Positions 52,831-64,000 of a DNA stretch of 64,000 nt are shown one piece after another. A program made the position numbers and the translations under genes. Numbering within the stretch: position 1 is the stretch's first letter; each line of letters opens with the position of its first letter. Source of the stretch: Eledone cirrhosa (taxonomy: Eukaryota); contig OZ024745.1 of the NCBI GenBank assembly GCA_964016885.1, positions 115,382,001 through 115,446,000 on the forward strand, read 5' to 3'. The notes beneath the pieces were generated by a model. It worked only from the letters and a program-made list of their open reading frames with translations, made no database searches and was not told the origin of the DNA.

Positions 52831-53137
52831 TTAAAAAAAAAAGAAATGGATTCAGTTTGAAACTGGTTAGACCATTACTCAACAGAGTACTCGATACGTG
52901 GGGTTGTAGAGTATGCTTATATTATAAAGTGTTCGGGACCCGACTGCTGAGCTCTCGCCGTTATGAGATATATATATATTTATATATGTATATAAATAGG
53001 GAGATACAAAGCAGGCTTCTTCGTTTAGAAAGGGCTAGCGAATTTGAAAATTAGGTAGTAACATGTGCTTACGCCGTATTTGACTACATAGTCTGTTAGT
53101 TGGGATTTAAAAATACCCTCTGAATGACAAAAAGGAT

Positions 53138-53216
53138 GAGTATTGATGTACATGGGATACGAGCCCACATCTTTGGTTTGCCGGACCAATGTGTTACTAT
53201 TACACCAACACGCCAC
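53138..53216 (-). pseudogene. tRNA-like sequence (pseudo-tRNA or SINE head)
   Basis: Minus strand GGCGTGTTGGTGTAATAGTAACACATTGGTCCGGCAAACCAAAGATGTGGGCTCGTATCCC has a D-arm, an anticodon-like arm and a degenerate T-arm. Confidence 0.5.
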
Positions 53217-53223
53217 CCATATT

Positions 53224-53254
<31 letters not shown>

Positions 53255-53343
53255 ACATGTGTCTATGTGAGGATGTCTTTGTATAAGTGATACTATCATT
53301 TTACATTTAATGAATTATGATGTTCTCTTTCTTCTGATTCCAG

Positions 53344-53657
53344 TTCATGACCTTATGTGTCCTGATTCCACATCAGGTTTTAGCGACCCTTATATCAAAC
53401 TGTTTCTTTACCCGGAAGTTGACGAAAGACGTCGACAATCATCGGTCCAACGTCGAACTTTGAATCCGTATTTCAATGAGTTTTTCAAATTTCCAATTCC
53501 TTATGAAGATTTACAAGACAAATCTCTGATATTTCAAGTCTTTAACTACGACAAATTTTCTCGACACAGCATTCTCGGCGAAATTAACATTGATTTGAAC
53601 ACCGTCGAAACTTCAAGTAGCGTCGAAATCTGGAGTGATATACAGCGTTATCAACGG
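53344..53657 (+). CDS. Sytbeta: Synaptotagmin exon 4 (remainder of C2A)
   Basis: Acceptor TTCTGATTCCAG, donor CGG|GTAATC; 314 nt, phase 1 to phase 0; HDLMCPDSTSGFSDPYIKLFL...RTLNPYFNEFFKF...FQVFNYDKFSRHSILGE...IWSDI. Confidence 0.96.
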
Positions 53658-55037
53658 GTAATCAAATCATTTATTTACTCTTTCTTTATAAATGTCTCTC
53701 CCCCCTCTCTCTCCCTCTCTCTTTCTCTCCATCTCTCTCTATCTCTCTCCCCTTCTCTTACTATATCATATCTCTCTCTTTCTCTTACTATCTCTCTTTC
53801 TCTCTCTTGTTCTCTTTCTGACTCTCTCTCTTTCTCTCTCTTTTCCTTTCAATCTCTTTCTTTCTCTCCCCCCCCCCTCTCTCTCTGTTTCTTTCTTTTG
53901 TGGGGGGAGGTCTTAAACTTCCAGTAGATGGACTAGCATTGCTCGCTAGAATTCGTCAAATACAGTGGTACCACTGTTTCCACTCGTACACACACACACA
54001 CATACACACACACACACACATGCATATGATGCACACACACACATATACATGAATATATTAAAATTACAGCCCCTCCCCTCAGAAACTCCTTTAAACATTT
54101 CAATATGATCTCGTTTCTTCAATATTTTATCAACATCAACCGAGAAATATTGAGTCAAGGAAGATTTATTTTATCAAATTTCTTAAAAAAATAAATGAAA
54201 CCTATTGTTTACAGATGACTAATGAAGCTAGTTAAGCTGATTACTGCTGTTTTGTCATACGTATAAATCATAACTAACTCGATTCGGTAACAAATGAAAA
54301 TGACGTAAAAAAATTATCTTAGATTAAATTCTTATTCAAATTGACTTTTACGAAAATAATTGCCATTTGAATAGAATTTAATTTGAAGATGTCTCGAGGT
54401 GGAATTTGTAAGTGTTTGTATTAACGAGATAACACGTTAATTTTCTCACAAATCTACTAATTGTTAGTAGAAAACGTGTTGCAAATTATCATTTAAAGTT
54501 TAACGTTGAAGTCATTTTAATAACTTTAAAATACGAGGAACTTAAATTTAATTATAATAAATATCTGACGATTTCCACATAACTCTACATACTACATGAA
54601 TAATTAGTTGCAGACTTTTTTCATAGCCGAAGTGTCACCTACTTTGGGTACTCATTCCACATCTTGTATTGTGTAGAACTGTGCAGTTTCTACACTTGAC
54701 ATAAAATGTCCAGGACGTTTCCCCCTCCCCACAAAAACCACCCGACTGAATAACAAAGTATTTCTCACTAGCACCCTATAATCTCTAGCTGAAAGGATAT
54801 GGTGTTTCTTCTCTCACTTATACTATTACAAGGTCTTCTCTCATGAACAAGCAAGCTTCGTACATCCTCCGAATACGATAATCTTCCTACATGTCACTCC
54901 TAGTGCGTCTTCCCTCACTGAATACCTTCTCTAAATGCCCATAATCAGAATGCAATCTTTTGGAACTTCTCTTTTATCCAGTTCTTTTGTTGTCCTGAGG
55001 ACATCAAACTCCAAATTTTCAAGAAGAATAATAGGAG

Positions 55038-55210
55038 TAGTGGTACTCCGTTGGTTACGACGACGAGTGTTCCAGTTGTTATGATCAACGAAACAGCTTG
55101 TTCGTAAAATTAACGTGCAAGTGGCTAAGCATACTCTTAATGTAGTTCTCGGGGAGAGTCAGCGTGACAGAGAGTGCGACAAGGCTGGCCCTTCGAATTA
55201 CAGGCACAGC
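55038..55210 (+). mobile_element. SINE 3' part (a different octopod-type family)
   Basis: CTCCGTTGGTTACGACGACGAG...AACGTGCAAGTGGCT...ACAAGGCTGGCCCTT, recognised from memory as an abundant Octopus repeat; not searched. Confidence 0.6.
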
Positions 55211-55305
55211 AGAATAATGAATGGTATTTATTTTACCCACCGGGAAGTGCCTGCAAAATTTATTAGCTTTGGCTGCCATTCTTTCAGGAAAAAACAGTCT
55301 TTATG

Positions 55306-55560
55306 ACTGTCATGGGCAACCTGCGGCCTACGAAGCCTCCTGAATGGCTCCCCTAAGTCACCTAAGTGAAATCTTTCTGATTTTTTTACCCCAACTTTTC
55401 AGTCGTAACTTATCTTTCCATCATTTTTACGATCAAGGAAAACAACGTGTACGAATTCTGAAGAAACAAATCAAAACAACCTGAGTTACCACCCTTTTTT
55501 TTAATGTGGGCGCGAATGTAAATTAGCGCTTGCGGCCCACTTCTCGAAAAAGGTTGCTTT
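55306..55560. mobile_element. hAT-type MITE, second copy (inverted relative to 36230)
   Basis: Reverse complement of 36230-36521 with a small internal deletion. Confidence 0.85.
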
Positions 55561-55708
55561 ATGATATTGCAGTGTTTACTAATAAACCTTGATACAAACC
55601 TGTCAATTCTGCCGTTCGACTGGGACATCTCCTATCCACTTCGGGGTGGGTGGAAGATGTCTTCTCTTGTGAAAATGGGTATAGCTTTCATTATGTAAGA
55701 TCTCCCCA

Positions 55709-55893
55709 GGGCGGTGGATTGGCAGTATCGGTAGAGGGTCGGACGCCATGCTTTCCAGCATAGTTACGTCCCTTTACGATCTGAGTTCAAATCCCGCCGA
55801 GGTTGACTTTGCCTTTCATCCTTACGGGGTCGATAAAATAAAGTACCAGTAATGCACTGGGTAATTGCTGGCCTTGTGCCTAAAGTAGAAACA
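55709..55893 (+). mobile_element. Young full-length main-family SINE with 19-bp target-site duplication
   Basis: ATTATGTAAGATCTCCCCA at 55690-55708 and 55894-55912. Confidence 0.95.
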
Positions 55894-57017
55894 ATTATGT
55901 AAGATCTCCCCATTTGGCCTCATTTCTCCCCGTTTTGGCTTTTAGAGGTTAGCATGCCTGTTGGTGTGTTCGTATAATGAAACTTAAGGGAGAGCTCAAA
56001 CGAATATGTTGATAAAGTTTATCATATCAGACAAGCAGAGAAAAACTTGGTGGCTTGTATCCTGTTTTACATAAGTTGTATTCGTTTCTATGTCCCTTAA
56101 ATTTCAATTGTCGAAAATAGATAGAGAAATAGAGCAAGAATTTACCAATGTAAACCTCGATCTAGATCTAAACTTGAACAATGTTTCGTTACACTGCAGT
56201 GCTCCGTTTAACGTCTCCTGAATATAAATATCTTGCAGAGAAATAAACCCTGTCAAGAAAAATCTACATGAAGCCATCATTGGAGATACCAACAACCCAA
56301 TGGGGTTTTAGATTTAGATTTATGTAACAAATTTTCTCTTCAAATAATACTCATGGGAGGATTTAAACCTTAACTCAGCTAATTAAATAGTTTTCAATAA
56401 TCATCGTCACATATTGAGTGAGCGATGGAGGTTTAAATGTCTTGGCTATGAATAGACTGAAATATAGTTAACGAAAATTCTATAAAGCAAGCCACTTTTA
56501 AATATCGCCTATAACTAGCGTTATAATTATCTCTAATTATCCCTATTATATATCCATCAATACATCAGTCAATAGCCTAATGGTTATACTTTTCCTAAAT
56601 TCGCTGGGTTTAACGTAAAGATTAATTATTCTATTAATTTGCATCAGTAACTCTCTTCAAAACGAAAGGCTACAGTATATTTCATCTAATGGCAACTGGA
56701 AATCATTCGACTCTTCTATAAAGAATTTTTTTTTTTCATAGCAAAATTTGAACTCTTTTTCTCTTCAAATTTACATTTCTACAAATTCTATATATACGAA
56801 TTCTTTATGTCAACTTGCTGGGCACCGCTTTGCTGATCACATCGACCCCAGTACTTATTCAATGCTGGTATTTATTGTATAAAACTCCTTTCGACGAAAT
56901 GCAAAGTTCGTGGATATAAATACAGGCGCAGACACATACGTAATCTTAAGCACACGCACTTACACACATACACACTCACGCACACACGCACGCACACACA
57001 CACGCACACACACACAC

Positions 57018-57095
<78 letters not shown>

Positions 57096-58122
57096 ATATA
57101 TATATGGCATGATCAAACCGGAGCTGATCGATATAGAAACAATTGTAATATGAAATGAAGTTTACAAAAAGCTGCAATTCTTATTGTCACTCTATATACA
57201 CTCTGCAAGCTATAGCCGCCTTAAACCTGGAGCACACCTCAGGTCTCGGCGGTGATAGGTGCGAAGAGGAAGCGGTCGGATAATCCCCGTTATTTGTTTA
57301 TCTTCCTCTACATTTCAGGCTGCTGTACCGGGTTAGTAGGCTATACTTCATATGTTCTAAGTTTGCAGTTGTGTAGATGTTAATCGTGATGTTATTTTAA
57401 GTCAGTGTCAGATTTATGTTAGCAATAATTTATGCTATTGTCGTTTTTGCTTCCGATCGTCACGCATCCTTCCTACGCTGCTGGAAAGTAGAAAGGATTT
57501 AACTTGAATTATTCAACTTAATAATGCATACATTACATTATGTGAACCGATGATGGCGTCTTCTTCGTTGTAAATCGAAGTGCTTGAAATATCAATCAAA
57601 TTATATCCTACCGTTTTAAAATAACTTGAAAGATGCATAAAGACGAGGTCGTTAGAACTTGAATGACTTTGATACTAAACTATTTAATCAGGATTTATTT
57701 GGAATCAAACGACAAAAACGTAATACATTTTAAACAAACCTTAGTTACCTAAATATTTAACCCTAAACTTCCCTTAGGTTATAAACCCTCAAACTTTTCT
57801 CTTCCTGTTATGTACTTATTTCACTCGTAATTTTCTATTAACTTCAGACTGACACCCGTAGAATCCCTTCTCTGTAACCCGACACTATCTACACCTCACG
57901 TTTTTTGGCTGTGTCCAATGTTGTCAGACAGGGGTTAGTCGTAGCCAGTAAACAGTGCAGCCGCTGCTCACATAGAAAAATAACATGACAGAGTTGTTAC
58001 TCAGAGTGATTCCGTCCGAATGAGAACAGGACATTCAATTACCTGAGTCAAAAACAAAAAAAAAAAAAAACCTTTTTCATTCATATTTTTTCTTTCTCTG
58101 TTTCTTCCTAACTATTATGCAA

Positions 58123-58180
58123 TTATACACCTGATGACGTCGCCAGGTTCATACGTAACCTGGCCATTGAAATGTGTATA
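58123..58180 (+). ncRNA. Degenerate hammerhead-like motif
   Basis: TATACAC-CTGATGA...GCCAGGTT/AACCTGGC stem...GAAA-T-GTGTATA. The cleavage-site region appears deleted. Confidence 0.5.
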
Positions 58181-58244
58181 GTGTTTTCAGTAATAAAATC
58201 TAGAGGAATACAACCTGTCCAGCCTCCTGTTATTTCCCCCTATA

Positions 58245-58318
<74 letters not shown>

Positions 58319-58514
58319 ATCTATATAAATATCTATCTATCTATATATATCTATATAAATTTTATTTTTTGTTATATTTTATTTTATTTTTATATATTGT
58401 TATTGCCTCTTCCTTATTGAGGACGCCTTGTTTTGTAAACTCCCCCCATTGTACTTGTCCCACTTTTGATGCCCTGGTGGCAAATAAAAGAAACATATCT
58501 ATATATATCTATAT

Positions 58515-58593
<79 letters not shown>

Positions 58594-58780
58594 ATCAGTC
58601 TATCAGTTTTTTTGTATATATATCTACTGATAATGTCTTCGTTCATGTTCTATTTTTATGTTTTCCTATTAATCAACTGAATCACTTTGAGTCTCCGCTT
58701 TCCATTAGCAAAATCGATAGGATATAATGTTACAGTACAATTATCAATGCTGATTACATCGTTGTTTTATTTTTGTCTAG

Positions 58781-58901
58781 CATGCCTGTACGATGGGAGA
58801 GCTACTCATTTCGCTGAGTTACCTTCCCACGGCCGAAAGGTTAACAGTAGTCATCATCAAAGCCAAAGACCTAAGAATACTTGGACCAGCAGAAGCATCA
58901 G
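58781..58901 (+). CDS. Sytbeta: Synaptotagmin exon 5 (start of C2B); not in the ORF track in this frame
   Basis: TTTTGTCTAG| ... G|GTTTGT; 121 nt, phase 0 to phase 1; HACTMGELLISLSYLPTAERLTVVIIKAKDLRILGPAEAS. Confidence 0.95.
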
Positions 58902-59351
58902 GTTTGTACTTATATTTGACTCAGAAAAGGAGAGGTAGATTTTCTTTTATTGATATATAAGCTGTCGTAGTTGTGTACCATGCACTTTCGGGTTCACAGC
59001 GTGTCACAAGGGACATGTGACTTCTACTATAGCCCTGTGTTGACCAGGACCTTGTGATTGGAATAACCTACTAATCTCCGACGTTAGATGGGCGGGTTTC
59101 TTAATGCATCGGAAGTCCGTGGAATCACTTACAATCTTTCGTACTTTAAGTGTGCCAGTAGCGTCTGTAAAGCCAAGCTGTATTGGTCAAGCCTTTTCGT
59201 TGTACAACATCATTGTCGTGAAGATGAGAGACTTGCATGAGTGAGGTCTTCTATGTAAAACCTCGCCGAAATGTCCTCTCCAAGTTTGTCTCTTGGAGAG
59301 GACATTTCCAGTTGTAGTACCTCATCTTTGTATATATATATATATATATAT

Positions 59352-59458
59352 ATAGGAACAAGTAAGACTTACTTGTTCCTATTACCCACTCTACTACCCT
59401 AAGTATTGAGTACTTTGGTGCGTTATGGTCCACCTGGTTCCTTACCACATTTCCTTCG

Positions 59459-59460
<2 letters not shown>
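59352..59460 (+). mobile_element. PLE terminal-repeat tail cassette, family A, with mini fold-back
   Basis: ATAGGAACAAGTAAG-A-CTTACTTGTTCCTAT palindrome followed by the family A tail; (TA)n on both sides. Confidence 0.8.
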
Positions 59461-59552
<92 letters not shown>

Positions 59553-59571
59553 TTATTTATTTATTTATTTA

Positions 59572-59868
59572 TTTATTAAAATAACAGATTAAAGTTTAAG
59601 CAAAGAATCGCTGTATTCACCCTTAACGGGATCTTCTGAAACTAAAAAATCAATCTGTGAACGCAGAAGTAAATATTTCGAAAAACGATGCAACCGAAGG
59701 AAAACAGGAAGACGATACTTTGGTTCGTAGAGACGTTCCCTGGCAATGAACGGGACAAAAGCGAAGATAATACGTCATTATTTGCTCTAGGGTTCTTATA
59801 TATTTGATATATATTTATCCTTATCGAGCCCTCTTTGGATTTTAGTCTTCACATTTATTATTATTACT
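59572..59868. mobile_element. PLE terminal-repeat cassette, family B (inverted head, direct tail)
   Basis: 59572-59775 is antisense and 59779-59868 is sense to the repeat at 15684-15890. A tail-only copy lies at 61110-61205. Confidence 0.85.
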
Positions 59869-59905
59869 ACACACACGCACGCACACACACACACACACAC
59901 AAACA

Positions 59906-60635
<730 letters not shown>

Positions 60636-60931
60636 TATATACTAGCTGACCTACCTAGCTTCGCCCGGGTAAACAGATGATAAGAGAAGACAGGTAAAAG
60701 TTAGCCCAAGGTGGCTTGAATAAGCTATTAGGTCGCAAAAAATAGCAGACCATAACCAATCAAGTAGACAAGGGCTCCACTATATTAGTTACTAAATTAG
60801 GAGCCCAAATACATCAAATTAAACATATATATGTCTGTTGCATGGTAAAAGTGTTGCTTCATAACCATGTAATTTTAGGCTCAGTCACTCTGCGTGGATC
60901 TTTGAGCAAATATCTTTCTGCGTGAAAGCCC

Positions 60932-60983
<52 letters not shown>

Positions 60984-61201
60984 GGAGGTGAATTTTATTG
61001 TAGTACAATAAAGCAATGCAGATATCGGATAAGAAGCACTCTACAGTTTGTAAGACTGGAGTATACATAATATATAAGATCAAATTTTGATCTTATATAT
61101 TATATATATATAAATATATTTGCTCTACGGTTCTTATATATTTGATATATATTTTCCTTATCGAGCCCTCTTTGGATTTTAGTCTTCAATTTTATTATTA
61201 T

Positions 61202-61281
<80 letters not shown>

Positions 61282-61826
61282 TATATACAATATATTCTTC
61301 TGGTACCCAATGGGAGGCAAGTATTAAAACGGTTTCTCCACAATACAGTAGTGGCACTAACTGAACACCAAAACCTAAGTTTTATGTGAAATGTATGAAA
61401 TGTTAATTATACTAAATAAGTCCATTTGCAATAGATTTAGCATTTTCCCCTGACTTTTTATCTACGGATATTCTACATTACATATACACACTCACACAAA
61501 CTCACACACACATATATATATATATAAAATTAAAAATAAGACCAAACAGTGTTAATTATATCATATTTTAATTAACTCACGTTTCTTCCATCTTACAGGA
61601 TATATAATTAATTATCAATTAATTAATTGGATTCAACATAATTAATAAAACTTATAAGAAACATTATTACCGCTACAAATCATTTCGTATATAAGTTTAT
61701 CTAACTGGTAAAATGTTTACATGGATGTAGTTTTCTGAGTAGATTACTGTACTAAATCTCATATTTTGAGCTGTAACAATTTTTTCACCACTATTATCTG
61801 TTTTCGCATTTGAAAACGACTTATTC

Positions 61827-61913
<87 letters not shown>

Positions 61914-62211
61914 ATATATATAGTCGTTTTGAAAGCCTCAACAATGCAGGTGGGTAAATCTCCAGGTAACGGAATCAGGTAGGTGGTAACGAGAGAGCGA
62001 TGTAAGAGGAAGCGTATAAAGAGACGTAGAGAGCGTAAAAGAGCGTGTGGGAAAAGTGTAAAAAATAATAACACGAGCTAGAGTTACCTAGGAAGTGATT
62101 TATTAGTCCCCATATTTCGGATTTCGCATCCATCGACTGGGGGTGTTCCGAGGGGAAAAAGGTTATGTCAGAGAGGGACAACACGTGGCCTCCGTTGTTT
62201 ACTGTGTGCGC

Positions 62212-62324
<113 letters not shown>

Positions 62325-63089
62325 GTATGTATATATATATATATATATAAATATATATATATATACATATACATCCGTTTCCCTTAGTATTCCTCTGGGG
62401 CCGATAAATTAAGTTCATTGCCAAACTCTTCTTTACAAATATCTGAAATGGTACTACTGTTAAAAACATATTAGAAAGAGAAGGATATATTACGTCCTAC
62501 TAAAAGAAAGAACTTTCTAATCTTAAAAAAAGACACCAGTGCCAATGTTTAAAATGTTGACCCCTTAATCGGATGTACTTCATTCAATCATCTGAACAAC
62601 TGATGTCATCTTCGGGTATATAACTCTTTATATACATATATTTAGTGGAGGAAGTGTCTTACTATTGATGTGGTTATTACCACAAAATCGTTCTTGCTGA
62701 AGCAGACACATATGACCACAGGTAATCAAGTCATGACCATCCCGCTTTATTTTCAAGATATTTTCAATATATCCTGCACTATATTATCTATATCATCCAA
62801 TGTGTCGTTTTTAAAGATGGTTGGCCGAGGTTTAGGGTATATTTAAGTGCTATATCTAGCAGATCCAATGTCCAGCTAGAGGATCTATCATGAACTCGAG
62901 TATTTGAGGTATTGATAAGATATAAAATGAGTGAATCGTAAATAATAGAGTGGCTCTACATAAGGACTTTTGAGATCCTATTATCCTTCATTCTGACGAC
63001 ATGATCAGTCTAACTTAATTGCAAAAGATAAGATTCAATGCCACCGATTTTAGATATAGAGAATAGGTCAACATTTGATATTCTGTCAT

Positions 63090-63475
63090 TTAAGCTGTAT
63101 TCACAAATGATTCAATGACATCGCTTATGAAGTTAATGGTGAAGAGAAATATTTTCATTATTCCACATCCTTCCTACGGGCCAGATCTAGCTCTGTGTGA
63201 TTCAAATCTGTCACCTAAGGTGAAATCGAAGTTGAAGAATAATCATTTGGGGACAGTGGAAAACATACAAAAAATTGTAACCGACGAGCTAAAGACAATA
63301 ACTTCCGGTACTCACAGACAATGACTTCCGGTATTGCTACGATCAATGTAAAATACGCTAGAACAACTGTGTGACTTCCGGTCGTATTTTGAAGGAAATA
63401 ACATGTAATTTTATCTACGTCTAATACACATTTAAATAAAACACCAACATTCTTACATTTGGGACAGGCCTCGTA
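63090..63475 (+). mobile_element. Mariner transposase 3' fragment with right terminus
   Basis: HPSYGPDLALCD...PKVKSKLK is a decayed HPPYSPDLAPCD motif; the element ends CCTCG-TA. Confidence 0.85.
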
Positions 63476-63596
63476 TAATATATCGCAGATGTTGCTTTAA
63501 TTATTCACTCGTGAATAATTAGCCACCAGTTGAACTCTGTAACACATTTTATTGTATAAACATGATATTATTTACAGTAACAATAATAATAAGAAT

Positions 63597-63786
63597 AATT
63601 GTTTCTACTTTTGGTACAAGGCCAGCAATTATCCAGTGCATTACTGGTACTTTATTTTATTGACCCCGTAAGGATGAAAGGCAAAATTAACGTCGGCGGG
63701 ATTTGAACTCAGAATGGCAAGGGACGTAACTCTATGCGTCAAATCATGGCGTCCGACCCTCTACCGATACTGCCAATCCACTGCCC
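63597..63786 (-). mobile_element. tRNA-derived SINE, main family
   Basis: Reverse complement of the full consensus. Confidence 0.92.
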
Positions 63787-64000
63787 TACCAATAATAATA
63801 ATAGACGACAATAATAAAAAAAAAAGGAAACAAAAGGAAAGAAAGAATAGGGAAATATAGAGAAAAATGAGAAAAAGAAAGAAGTAAAAGAACGGGATGG
63901 TGTCGCAGAAGAGAGGGGAGAGGTGAAAAGGGAGGGTGATTTGGTTTTGAGCCTAGAACAGGGGAGCAGAAGTACTGCGTCCTGCGGACGATGGCCAGTG

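Noticed and set aside
53310-53927. 205-aa ORF as a standalone C2 protein
   Set aside because: Only 53344-53657 is exonic. The flanks are intron read-through into a (CT)n tract, bounded by clear splice sites.
58687-58938. 83-aa ORF overlapping exon 5
   Set aside because: It is in a different frame from the C2B-coding frame and has no recognisable motif.
60636-60690. Helitron/Helentron-like terminus (also ~50805-50835)
   Set aside because: Only a short ACTAG-plus-hairpin resemblance, with no matching second end or additional copy in the window.
62858-63020. Candidate next C2B exon starting AG|ATCC (for the DPYVK motif)
   Set aside because: Both AG-ATCC sites hit stop codons quickly and lack C2B similarity; the next exon is probably outside the window.

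Overview
This is AT-rich, microsatellite-dense animal genomic DNA, not prokaryotic. The SINE, RTE and Penelope content and the abundant (TA)n, (TATG)n and (TCTA)n tracts point to an octopod cephalopod (inference). One host gene spans most of the window on the + strand: a synaptotagmin most like the invertebrate Syt-beta group. I reconstructed five phase-compatible GT-AG coding exons (14220-14405, 25873-26038, 46120-46257, 53344-53657, 58781-58901) encoding TM segment, linker, C2A and the start of C2B; the gene continues past the window. Two of these exons are absent from the ORF track. Everything else is decayed transposons: Penelope-like elements (PLEs), Tx1/L1, RTE and Dong/R4 LINEs, many tRNA-derived SINEs, hAT MITEs, mariner remnants and a 5S-like relic. 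The most notable signals are: (1) tiny fold-back cassettes derived from PLE terminal repeats, carrying hammerhead ribozyme cores, inserted in (TA)n, with inverted arms that end at fixed positions and turn at pre-existing hairpins; (2) a GAGYAC motif shared by the tails of unrelated PLE families; (3) a C2A Ca2+-ligand position encoded as Asn (AAC), one A-to-I edit from the canonical Asp; (4) an in-frame, RT-less and possibly chimeric PLE GIY-YIG ORF. Repeat boundaries are approximate and read by eye; family names come from recalled motifs, not database searches.
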